The translations under genes were made by a program, and so were the position numbers. From assembly GCA_039831155.1 (NCBI GenBank), contig JBDONT010000013.1:1-58059 (forward strand): 58,059 nucleotides of DNA, given 5' to 3'. Under the pieces are notes generated by a model that saw only the letters and a list, made by a program, of their open reading frames with translations, was not told the origin of the DNA and ran no database searches. Below, piece after piece: positions 19,264 to 27,852 of the stretch; position 1 is the first letter of the stretch, and every line of letters begins with the position of its first letter. This stretch comes from Nautiliaceae bacterium. Its GTDB lineage: Bacteria; Campylobacterota; Campylobacteria; Campylobacterales; Nautiliaceae.

Positions 19264-19943
19264 TACCGATTAGTGAAATTTTTTATTCAATTCAAGGAGA
19301 AGGAAAGTTTGTCGGGCGTCCTAGTATTTTTGTAAGGGTTGGCGGGTGTAATTTAAAATGCCCCGGATTTGGTAAAAACGGATGTGATAGTTACTATGCA
19401 GTAGACAAAGCTTATAAAAATGAGTGGAAATTGATGACAATAAGTGAAATAAAAAAAGTAATAGAGGATTATCCTAAAAAAGTGCACTTGGTTTTAACCG
19501 GGGGAGAACCTATGCTTTATTATAAAGAGCTTTATCCTTTGATTGAGTGGTTTAGTGGAGAGATTACGATTGAAACGAATACGACGATTGAAGTTGACTT
19601 TGACAAATATCCGCAATATAAAGATGTAACTTTCGCTATGAGTGTAAAGCTTAGTAATTCGGGTGAAGAGTATAAAAAAAGAGTAAAAAAAGAGGTAATA
19701 AAATCATACGCCCTAAATGCGAAGAAAAGTTTTTTTAAGTTTGTAGTTGATAGGGATTTAAAAGAAGAGATTGAGGATATTGTGGGTAATTTAAAAAACG
19801 AAATTTATTGTATGCCGCTGGGTAGCGATAAAGAAGAGCTTGAAGTTAATGCTCCGTTTGTATTTGAATTTTGTTTAAAAAACGGGTATTGTTATAGTGA
19901 TAGGATTCATATTAGGCTTTTTGGAAAGAAAAAAGGAGTTTAA
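19248..19943 (+). CDS. queE: 7-carboxy-7-deazaguanine synthase
   Basis: EIFYSIQGEG, GCNLKC..CDS, TGGEP, ETN, R.H; upstream of queD. Confidence 0.93.
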   Translation: MDSKVIPISEIFYSIQGEGKFVGRPSIFVRVGGCNLKCPGFGKNGCDSYYAVDKAYKNEWKLMTISEIKKVIEDYPKKVHLVLTGGEPMLYYKELYPLIEWFSGEITIETNTTIEVDFDKYPQYKDVTFAMSVKLSNSGEEYKKRVKKEVIKSYALNAKKSFFKFVVDRDLKEEIEDIVGNLKNEIYCMPLGSDKEELEVNAPFVFEFCLKNGYCYSDRIHIRLFGKKKGV

Positions 19944-20524
19944 TGATAATAAGAAAACTTTATAAATTTGAAAACGCCCATATTGTACGGGATTGTACAA
20001 GCAGGCGTTGCAGTCGTTCAATTCACGGGCACAGTTATAAAGTTGAAGTAAAGCTTAGGAGCAATTTTTTGGATAACGCCCAGATGGTGTATGATTTTGG
20101 GCTTATGAAGCTCAGTATTAAAGAACTTATCGATAGTTTTGACCATGCCATTACTTTGTGGAGTAAAGATAATCCGGAATATAAAGAATTTGCCAAAAAA
20201 TTTAGTGAAAGATGGATAGAGCTTCCAATAAATCCAAGTGCAGAGCAGTTTAGCAGGGTCTTTTTTGTAATGATTGACAGGGTGCTTGAGTGTATGGAGT
20301 TTAGGAATGGAGAAAAGGAAGTTAAACTTTATTCAATTGTAGTGCACGAAACGGATACCGGGTATGCCGAGTGTTTTAGAGAGGATGCTTATAATAAAAA
20401 TATGGGTGAGATAAGGCTTGAAGATATTATTTTTAGTGACAGAATAAAAGAAGAATGGAGTGATAAGAGGCTTTTTGAAAAGCTTATAAAAAGAGAAAAC
20501 ATTGTTCCTCCTAATGAAATATGA
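19943..20524 (+). CDS. queD: 6-carboxytetrahydropterin synthase (long QueD form)
   Basis: FENAH, C..IHGHSY, DFG, FDH, PSAE, HET. Confidence 0.92.
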   Translation: MIIRKLYKFENAHIVRDCTSRRCSRSIHGHSYKVEVKLRSNFLDNAQMVYDFGLMKLSIKELIDSFDHAITLWSKDNPEYKEFAKKFSERWIELPINPSAEQFSRVFFVMIDRVLECMEFRNGEKEVKLYSIVVHETDTGYAECFREDAYNKNMGEIRLEDIIFSDRIKEEWSDKRLFEKLIKRENIVPPNEI

Positions 20525-20544
20525 GTGTTTCTCTGATATTAACC

Positions 20545-20573
20545 TTGACAATATCTCACTAAAAGTTTATAAT
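20545..20573 (+). promoter_or_regulatory. Consensus sigma70 promoter
   Basis: TTGACA-17 nt-TATAAT; -35 flanked by GATATT-N9-AATATC inverted repeat. Confidence 0.75.
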
Positions 20574-20599
20574 TATAAAAAACTAAAGGAGATAAAGTT

Positions 20600-21289
20600 A
20601 TGATAACTGAATTAAGAGAAACACAACTTTTAAACACACTTGTGTTTGAAACATTAGGAGAGCCTTCAAGAGAAAGAGAATTTAAGATAAAATCTCTAAA
20701 AAAATGGGGATTTGATTTGGTATTTGGTAAAAAAGACGGAGTTGAGACTTTTTGGGGAGTGGAAGAAGGAAGCAAAAAAGCAGGGGATACGTATGTAGAA
20801 GATGAAGTAAATCATGAAGTTACTGAAATTCTTGAAAAACTTCCAAAAAATAAAAAAATGTTTGCAAAAATTGAAATGGTTGAGGGGAGAGCTTATTTAT
20901 ACGTTTATTTAAGAGAAGACGATATTGATACTCCAATTTTACATGTACCGGCTGGTGAAGTATTACTTGCGTTTTTAAAAAAACACAAATTTATAAAAAT
21001 CATAGAAGCTATAAGAAATCTTGGAAGTGCTGCCAGTCTTGTTAAAAAGCACGGAGATGAAGGAAAGTCTATTCCTTATGAAGAACTGCCACCGGTTCCA
21101 AGAAGATTTTTAAGAGATGCTAAAAAAATAGAAAAAGAGATGGGCTTTGGTAGAATTGCGTTAGCTTACTTTGGGGAAAATAAAAGTGGGGAAGCAAGAT
21201 ACTGGATGGAGTGGATGGTACCTACGATTGCTTTATTTGATGAGAAAATTAGTGAGAAAATAGATAAAGCTTTAGCTGAATTTAAGTAA
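20600..21289 (+). CDS. Soluble hypothetical protein, first gene of a 4-gene operon
   Basis: 229 aa, AAGGAG SD, no motif recognised. Confidence 0.85.
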   Translation: MITELRETQLLNTLVFETLGEPSREREFKIKSLKKWGFDLVFGKKDGVETFWGVEEGSKKAGDTYVEDEVNHEVTEILEKLPKNKKMFAKIEMVEGRAYLYVYLREDDIDTPILHVPAGEVLLAFLKKHKFIKIIEAIRNLGSAASLVKKHGDEGKSIPYEELPPVPRRFLRDAKKIEKEMGFGRIALAYFGENKSGEARYWMEWMVPTIALFDEKISEKIDKALAEFK

Positions 21290-21298
21290 GGAGAAAAG

Positions 21299-22021
21299 AT
21301 GCTTATATTTTGGAGTGGAACTTCTTTTGAAAAAGAGGGGTTTTTAGAAGATGATAACGGGATGTTTATCCCAAGAAATGCCCTTTTAGAAGCCCTTGAG
21401 AGTGCTGTTGTTTTTTATTACATCAAAAAAGATAAAGCGTTAGAGAATTTAGTAAAAAAATACCTAATGACAAAACCAAAACTAAAAGAAATCTCTAAAG
21501 AGGTTAAAAAAAGGGTATTTGAAAAATACCCTGTGCTTGATGGGATTGAAATACCTGAGAAAATCTATCTGGATAAAGATAAAATCTCAAACGAACTTGT
21601 AAAAGTTTTTGATTTAGAAAAAAAAGAGTTTACCGGTAGTTTTAGAATGGATGTTTTTAAGGGTGTATTAGAAGATGTTAAAGTAAAATCAAACAATATG
21701 GAAAAAATTAAAAACGCTTGTAAAGCTTATGCAAGGGCGCTTGCTGAATATGAGCACAAAGCCCTAAAAGATACTGAATTTGAAGATTTAATAACTGAAA
21801 TTCAAAATAATATTGCAAATGAGTGGGAAATACCTGTTCGTGTTGGATACTGGACAAATACTCCTTATAAAGGAGATTTGCTTTTCTTTTGGAGAGTAAA
21901 AGAGGTTAGAGATTATTTATTAAAACATCTTCATATTGACATACGTCCAAAAGATGTGCTATATTTACCACGCACAAACGAATTCCTAGGACTAGGAGAA
22001 ATAAAGGAAGAAAATGATTAA
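21299..22021 (+). CDS. Hypothetical protein resembling a degenerate Csm5 (Cas7-group RAMP)
   Basis: FIPRNALLEALESAV, VRVGYW, PKD..FLGLGEI parallel Csm5 blocks; the CDS is solid, the family call is tentative. Confidence 0.6.
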   Translation: MLIFWSGTSFEKEGFLEDDNGMFIPRNALLEALESAVVFYYIKKDKALENLVKKYLMTKPKLKEISKEVKKRVFEKYPVLDGIEIPEKIYLDKDKISNELVKVFDLEKKEFTGSFRMDVFKGVLEDVKVKSNNMEKIKNACKAYARALAEYEHKALKDTEFEDLITEIQNNIANEWEIPVRVGYWTNTPYKGDLLFFWRVKEVRDYLLKHLHIDIRPKDVLYLPRTNEFLGLGEIKEEND

Positions 22022-22391
22022 AGTAGCAGTGCCTGTAAAAGATGAAAGTTTAGAGATTGTGACAAGAACGGGACGTGCTCCTTATTTTGCTATATTTAAG
22101 TGTGATGAGAGTGGATGTAAATTGCTTTCATTAAATGAAAATACACACGCACACGAACACGAGCACGAACACGGACATGCTGAAGAGCATACGGCAGATG
22201 AAGTGGAACACCACCATAAACACGTAAAAGCAAGCAGACTTAGCGGAGTTGATTATATAGTGGTTAGAGCACTCGGACAGAATATGGAAGATGCTCTTAA
22301 GATGGAGGGTATTAAAATTATAAAAATCAGTAAAAAAGACGGAGAAAAAGCAGACGAGGTTCTTGAAAAAATCAAGGAGCAGTTAAAATGA
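22014..22391 (+). CDS. NifB/NifX-family protein with His-rich insert
   Basis: KVAVP..GRAPYFAIF, GVDYIVV..LG..L..GIKI; HAHEHEHEHGH..HHHKH. Confidence 0.85.
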   Translation: MIKVAVPVKDESLEIVTRTGRAPYFAIFKCDESGCKLLSLNENTHAHEHEHEHGHAEEHTADEVEHHHKHVKASRLSGVDYIVVRALGQNMEDALKMEGIKIIKISKKDGEKADEVLEKIKEQLK

Positions 22392-22753
22392 GACTTGTGA
22401 TTCCGAGCGATACGCCAGACGGATTATTGGCAAAAAGAGGAGCTCACTTTGGAAAAGCTCCTTTTTATGTAATTGTCGATATTGAAAATAATGAAATTAA
22501 AGATGTTGATTTCGTTCAAAATCCCGGTCACGCTGGTGGGGCGTGTGGTAATGCTGTAATGAATATAAAAAATCTTGGTGCCGATACATTGATAGTAGCA
22601 GGAATTGGGGCAAGACCATTAATTGGATTTAAAGAAGCTGGGATAAAAGTATATTTTGATAACGTCTCACCTACGGTTGGAGAAGCGATTGAGAAGTTTT
22701 TAAGAGGTGAAATAGAAGAGATTAAACCTGAAAATACTTGTGGAGTTCACTAA
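22388..22753 (+). CDS. NifB/NifX-family protein
   Basis: HFGKAPFY, NPGH.GGAC, GIG.R..GIKV, C-terminal CGVH. Confidence 0.9.
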   Translation: MRLVIPSDTPDGLLAKRGAHFGKAPFYVIVDIENNEIKDVDFVQNPGHAGGACGNAVMNIKNLGADTLIVAGIGARPLIGFKEAGIKVYFDNVSPTVGEAIEKFLRGEIEEIKPENTCGVH

Positions 22754-23123
22754 AAAGTCTTTTTTTTATCTCTTCTTTTGTTTTTATAAACTCTTCATAC
22801 CCTTTGCCGTCTGGGTCTTCAAAAGGTATATGAACTGTTTTTACTCCTGGAATTGTAGGGCAACTTTTAGCAGCATTATCACATACGGTTATGGCTAAAT
22901 CAAAAGGTGCGTATTTCATAGCTTCTTCTATACTTTTTGAGTGATATTTTTCACTCCATGCATCTTCTTGGATTAAAACTTTTTTTGCATTCGGATTTAC
23001 TTTGCCACTTGGATTGCTTCCGGCACTGTAAGCTTTTATGTTTTTGAAGTATTTATTAATTAATCCTTCTGCTATTATCGAGCGGCAGCTGTTGCCCGTG
23101 CATAAAATTAAAATTTTTTTCAA
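22722..23123 (-). CDS. arsC: Arsenate reductase (thioredoxin-linked, LMW-PTPase fold)
   Basis: CTGNSCRS, TVCD..CP, DP; TTG start at 23123 after AAAGGA. Confidence 0.9.
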   Translation of the reverse strand: MKKILILCTGNSCRSIIAEGLINKYFKNIKAYSAGSNPSGKVNPNAKKVLIQEDAWSEKYHSKSIEEAMKYAPFDLAITVCDNAAKSCPTIPGVKTVHIPFEDPDGKGYEEFIKTKEEIKKRLFSELHKYFQV

Positions 23124-23186
23124 AATTTTTCCTTTTTTGTCTTGAATTTTAAAATAAATTTGATATAATTTCAATCCACAGCTAAT

Positions 23187-23277
<91 letters not shown>

Positions 23278-23329
23278 TTACTTCAAAAACTCCGTAATTT
23301 CGGTATCTTTCAAAAATAAATGAGGTAAG

Positions 23330-23373
23330 TGTCAGTCGTTTTGGGCAGATTTTTACTGACATTTTAACTGACA
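23330..23373. repeat. ACTGACA motifs (two direct, one inverted), resembling integrase arm-type sites
   Basis: TGTCAGT 23330-23336; ACTGACA 23355-23361 and 23367-23373. Confidence 0.45.
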
Positions 23374-23795
23374 GTTAAATTCATAATTAAATTAATCATT
23401 ACTTCTTTCTCATTAGGATGTGATTTTGCAATTAGTAAAGTCAAACTTGTTAATGTTGCAAAATTGATATTTTCATTTAATAAATTGTTTTTATCTAAAA
23501 AACTGACAAATATATAAGCACTGATTCTTTTATTTCCATCTATAAAAGGATGGTCTTTTACAATATAGTAAAGCAAATTTGCCGCTTTTTCTTCGGTTAA
23601 TGGTAATAGTTCTATTCCATCAAATGTTTGGAAAATATGTTCAAGTATTTCTTTGAAACTTTCATCTTTTTGCATTCCTAAAAGTTCGCTTGCCTGATTT
23701 TTAGAAATTAGATAGTGCTTTAATTCTTCAATTTCATTCGAAACTTGATGAAAGTTTAATTTTTTAATAGTTTGTTTCCTTTGGGTTTAGGAATG
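23364..23795 (-). pseudogene. N-terminally truncated RhuM/Fic/Doc-family gene
   Basis: EEKAANLLY..KDHPFIDGNKRI Doc-type motif; frame extends to TIKKLNFHQVSNEIEELK, then frameshift near PKPKG. Confidence 0.8.
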
Positions 23796-23957
23796 CTGCT
23801 TACATTATAGTATGTGCCAAATTCGGTGTATAGGCTGGAGTGTTACAGGTAGGTTTAATTTTTTAAATTCTTTTTCAATAAACTTTTGGGCTTTAAAAAT
23901 TTCTTGACTTTGGTAAAATCTGTTAAATGAAGTAAGTTTTTCTACTATTTATTTCAT
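23796..23957 (-). pseudogene. 5' fragment of a gene resembling an M28-peptidase N-terminus
   Basis: MK*IVEKLTSFNRFYQSQEIFKAQKFIEKEFKKLNLPVTLQP; stop at codon 3, then frameshift. Confidence 0.35.
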
Positions 23958-24285
23958 ACTTTCCCTTGTTAGGGGAAATAGGCTCCCTCAATAAAACTGT
24001 GTAAATCCTAAAATAAGTTGCTAAAATAAAAAATAATATTAAAAGGATTTACATATGGGAATTTTGAATCTTGAAGAATACAAAAGAAGACTTGAATCAG
24101 GAAATCCCGTAACAATCCAGGAATTGGAAAACGAACTGAAAATATTAATCAAAGAGATGATTGAAGCTGCAACCCAGGGTGAGCTTACTTCTCATTTGGG
24201 TTATGAAAAGAATGAAAAATCAGATACTGACAATTACAGAAACGGATACGGTAAAAAAAGTCTGAAATCCAAATACAGAGAAATT

Positions 24286-24329
24286 GTCCTCAGACTTCGT
24301 CTTGCGGGATTGTCGCCTTCGGCTCGGAT
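24286..24329 (+). repeat. 44-nt hairpin mini-insertion in the IS256 transposase
   Basis: Removal restores EI(K/E)VNIPRDR in frame; contains AGAC-TTC-GTCT and GCC-TTC-GGC. Confidence 0.8.
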
Positions 24330-24556
24330 AAAGTAAATATTCCAAGGGACAGAAATTCAACGTTTGAGCCAAAGTTAGTAAAAAAAGAGACAAAGACTGT
24401 TGGGTGGACGGAAGATTTGATTTTGTCCTTATATGCAAAAGGAATGAGCGTAAAAGACATACAACACCATCTTGACGATTTATACGGATATGAACTCTCA
24501 ACCGAAACAATTTCAAACATTACCGAGAAAATATTAGAAAAAGCGATAGAATGGCA

Positions 24557-24592
24557 TACTGCGTAGCTTTATCCCGCAACGAAGTGAGGACA
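24557..24592 (-). repeat. 36-nt hairpin mini-insertion in the IS256 transposase, opposite orientation
   Basis: Removal restores EWQNRPLEP; reverse complement TGTCCTCACTTCGTTGCGGGATAAAGCTACGCAGTA shares its core with the first insertion. Confidence 0.8.
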
Positions 24593-25318
24593 AAACAGAC
24601 CCTTAGAGCCGATATATCCCATTATTTTTATGAATTCCACCGTATTAAAAATAAAAATCGAAAGAGCTATAAAAAATACATCCTGTTATATAATGCTTGG
24701 AATTAACCTTGAAGGCAAAAAAGACATTTTAGGCATATGGATAGCCGAAGAAAACGAAACTTCCAAATACTGGCTTTCAATTCTTAATGAAATAAAAAAC
24801 AGAGGCGTGGATGATGTTTTAATATTTTCAATAGACGGATTAAACGGATTTAACGAAGCTATAAAAGTCGTATATCCGAAAGCTGAAAATTCAAAGATGC
24901 GTGGTTCATCAGATAAGAAATTCACTTAAATTTGTATCTTACAAAGACAGAAGAGAAATAGCCAAAGATTTAAAATCCATCTATCAGGCCGATACGGAAG
25001 ACATTGCACTTCAAAACCTTGAATATTTCAATGATAAATGGTCTAAAAAATATCCTCACATCTATGATTCCTGGAAAAGAAACTGGGATGAGCTTTCCAC
25101 CTTTTTTAAGTATCCAAAGGCTGTAAGAAAGCTCATATATACCATTAATCCGATAGAATCTTTAAATTCTATCATAAAAAGAAAAAACAAGGCAAAAAAG
25201 CTCGTTTCCTTCAAAAGAATCGGCTTTTAAAGTACTTTTTACTTCAACATAGGAGGTTATGGAAAAATGGAAAAGCTCCAGAATCGGAATTTCTAATAGT
25301 CCCAGTTTAAATTTTATA

Positions 25319-25954
25319 CTATGAGAGTCTATAACCAAGATTTATGTAAGTTTTAATAAAATCTTTTCCAAACACTTTCCTTAAATTGTAAACTAAAACC
25401 TCAATAACGTTGCTCTCATTAATTATATCAAGTTCGTCGGCTATAAGCCCTTTTGAAAGAAAAGAATTTTTATTTTTTATAAAAAGCACTAAAAGTTCAT
25501 ATACTTTCGGTTTTAATATAACTTCTTCGTTTTTGTATTTGACTCTTTTAGAATCCAAATCAATTTCAATATCTTTATATTTAAGAATATTTGAAGATAG
25601 GTTTTTGCTTCTTCTGTAAACACTTATGACCCTCGCTTCAAGCTCTTCCAAATCAAAAGGTTTTGTGACATAATCGTCCGCCCGGTTTTTAAAGCATCAA
25701 CCTTGTTTTTAACGGCGTCTTTTGCAGTAAGCATAATTACCGGAATGTTTGGATTTTGCCTGATGTCTTTAAGAATTTCAAACCCGCTTTTTTTAGGAAG
25801 CATCCAGTTAAGTATTATTACGTCGTAATTTTCATAACAGCAAACATCCCCGTCATTCAGAACATCCGTTTTATAACCTTGTTTTATAAAATATTCCTGA
25901 ATAAAAAATAAAATCAGCCAAATTTATTTCGTCTTCAACCAGTAAGATTTTCAT
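25319..25954 (-). pseudogene. Frameshifted OmpR-family response regulator
   Basis: MKILLVEDE.., IILNWMLP (acceptor Asp replaced by Asn), DDYVTKPFD, winged helix; frameshifts near 25905 and 25690. Confidence 0.85.
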
Positions 25955-26046
25955 TTAATCCCCTTTGAAAATTATTTGTTATTTTAGCTAAATTGTTTTA
26001 ATATAAGTCATCTAAGTGTCATTTCATTTAGATAAAATTTCAAATA

Positions 26047-26071
26047 GGGGGGGGACGGTCTTTAAGACCGT
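26047..26071 (+). repeat. G8 homopolymer followed by a hairpin
   Basis: G8 at 26047-26054; ACGGTCT-TTA-AGACCGT at 26055-26071. Confidence 0.7.
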
Positions 26072-26235
26072 TTAATTTATTAAGTTAAATGATAATTTTT
26101 ATTAAAAAAATATATTTTGAAATTAATAAAATTTTAATAAAATTATTGTAATTTAACAATTTCGTTTATAGAAAAATTAAAAATTCTCAAATCCGTTTTT
26201 TTCTTTATTAAATCATTTTTTTAAAGGAGTTTTTT

Positions 26236-27183
26236 ATGAATTTTGTGAATTCAATTAAGTTGACGTTTAACGATATCAAACAAAAGGATATAATTTCTCT
26301 TATTTTGTTAAACGGAATATTTTGGAGTGTGTTTTGGATAATAGCAGGAATTTATATTTTTAAATATATAAATTATGCGATTATGTTTGTAGTGGATATG
26401 TTGCCTTTTACTTTTTTAGAATATGACGGTGCAGATTTCTTTTTAGTATTTTTGTGGTTTCAAGTTGTATTGGTTAGTATAGGATTGTTTTTTTCCATAT
26501 TTAGAGATTTATATCAAGAAAAACGTACGTTTGTAATTAGTTCTGTTGTGATAGCCGTTTTTTGGTTGTTGTTTTTTATAGTGAATTATAATTTCGTTTC
26601 TAATTTTTTACAAAATTTAATTAATATTTTTCCTTTTAAAAATATAGAGGAGATTATAGCTGCTATAGTTAGTTTATTTATTATTTATTCTTTTTATGTT
26701 TCTACTTTATATTTCGGTTTTATGGTTATAATACATAAACGTTTAAAAAAAATGAAATCGAGTCAATATCCTAATATTCGATTCAGAGATAAAAAAGTCT
26801 CTTTTTTTAGTCTTTTTATGATAATGTTTATTGATTTGATAATTGTTTTAATTTCTATCTTTATTACATATCCGGTTTTATTTATTCCTTTTTTAAATAT
26901 TTTATTTGTAGTTTTTATTTGGTCTTTTTTAACTAAAGAGATAATTAGTGAATTTATAATTCAAATGTTCGGTAAAAAAACTAAAATAAAAACAGTGTGG
27001 TGGAGTGCCGTATTTAGTGTTGTTTTTAATTTTATACCGTTTGTTAATTTTTTCGCCCCGGCTATAGGTGTTTTCTTTTTATATCATTATATTTTTGAGA
27101 AAGAAATTAAAAACAATTCTTCCGTTCAAAATGAAAATGATGAAAAAAAAGTTCTTTTTAAAAATAAGAAAAAAGTATTGTAG
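26236..27183 (+). CDS. EI24/CysZ-like multi-pass membrane protein
   Basis: Many TM segments; LFIPFLN and NFIPFVNFFAP motifs; AAGGAG SD. Confidence 0.7.
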   Translation: MNFVNSIKLTFNDIKQKDIISLILLNGIFWSVFWIIAGIYIFKYINYAIMFVVDMLPFTFLEYDGADFFLVFLWFQVVLVSIGLFFSIFRDLYQEKRTFVISSVVIAVFWLLFFIVNYNFVSNFLQNLINIFPFKNIEEIIAAIVSLFIIYSFYVSTLYFGFMVIIHKRLKKMKSSQYPNIRFRDKKVSFFSLFMIMFIDLIIVLISIFITYPVLFIPFLNILFVVFIWSFLTKEIISEFIIQMFGKKTKIKTVWWSAVFSVVFNFIPFVNFFAPAIGVFFLYHYIFEKEIKNNSSVQNENDEKKVLFKNKKKVL

Positions 27184-27212
27184 TTTTTTACTTCTTATGG
27201 TATAATTTCACA

Positions 27213-27307
27213 TCCTCAGCCCTGTGCAAGGATGGTAGGAAGCAACGCTTCAGGCCCGGAAGGGAGCAGAGCACTTCCTACCATCTTGTGCCGCAGGTGT
27301 CTGGGGA
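27213..27307 (+). ncRNA. ffs: Signal recognition particle RNA (4.5S)
   Basis: TCAGGCCCGGAAGGGAGCAG helix-8 motif inside a long hairpin; TGGTATAAT upstream. Confidence 0.93.
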
Positions 27308-27327
27308 CCTTAATTTATCACATAAAT

Positions 27328-27376
27328 AGTGACAGTCACTTTGTTGTGAAAGTTTGCTATGAGATGGTGTCTGGCA
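27328..27376. repeat. Pair of short REP-like palindromes
   Basis: AGTGACAGTCACT (27328-27340) and GTGTCTGGCA (27367-27376); the latter also at 42047-42056. Confidence 0.5.
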
Positions 27377-27412
27377 AAAATATTTGATAAATAAAAATCC
27401 CGGGAAGAGGGA

Positions 27413-27763
27413 TTATAAAGCCGCTTTTGCTTTTTCTACGATTGAAGCGAAAACCTCAGGTTCGTTCATTGCAAGGTCTGCAAGAATTTTTCTGTCTAAA
27501 TCAATATTTGCTTTTTTTAGACCGTTAATAAATCTTGAATAGCTTATATCATTTAATCTACAAGCAGCGTTAATTCTAACAATCCAAAGCTTTCTGAAAT
27601 CTCTTTTTTTCTGTTTTCTGTCTCTGAATGCATAAACTAAACTTCTTTCAACTTGTTCTTTTGCTTTTCTGAAATGTTTTCTTCTACCGGAGTAGAAGCC
27701 TTTAGCCATTTTTAAAATTTTTTTATGTCTTCTTCTTCTAACCGTACCAGTTTTTACTCTCAT
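27413..27763 (-). CDS. rplT: 50S ribosomal protein L20
   Basis: MRVKTG.., [22 protein letters not shown]. Confidence 0.99.
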   Translation of the reverse strand: MRVKTGTVRRRRHKKILKMAKGFYSGRRKHFRKAKEQVERSLVYAFRDRKQKKRDFRKLWIVRINAACRLNDISYSRFINGLKKANIDLDRKILADLAMNEPEVFASIVEKAKAAL

Positions 27764-27852
27764 TTTGTCTCCTTATCGTTTTGGCGTGCATCTATGCAAC
27801 TTAACGGTTTTTACCGTGAGGCTTTATCGCCTTCTTTGCCTCTTCTACACTG
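27764..27852 (-). promoter_or_regulatory. Structured rpmI-rplT spacer, candidate L20 leader
   Basis: Three hairpins (AGGC/GCCT, ACGGT/ACCGT, TGCA/TGCA) before the rplT SD. Confidence 0.4.

Larger units (their letters stand above)
23981..25290 (+). mobile_element. Degraded IS256-family element
   Basis: Left end with TGTGTAAA like the IS256 IR; transposase blocks HLGYEK, RNGY, PRDR, EW.NRPL, SIDGL, QRC.VHQIRN, TINPIESLN; frameshifts, two mini-insertions, FMN at a catalytic Asp; right IR not found. Confidence 0.9.

Noticed and set aside
22014-22753. Nitrogen fixation cluster
   Set aside because: Only NifX-family domains; no nifHDK or nifENB in the window
23278-26235. Second att site duplicating the tRNA-Ser 3' end, and the IS256 right inverted repeat
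   Set aside because: Neither found by eye; the transposase breaks off after ..EKWK
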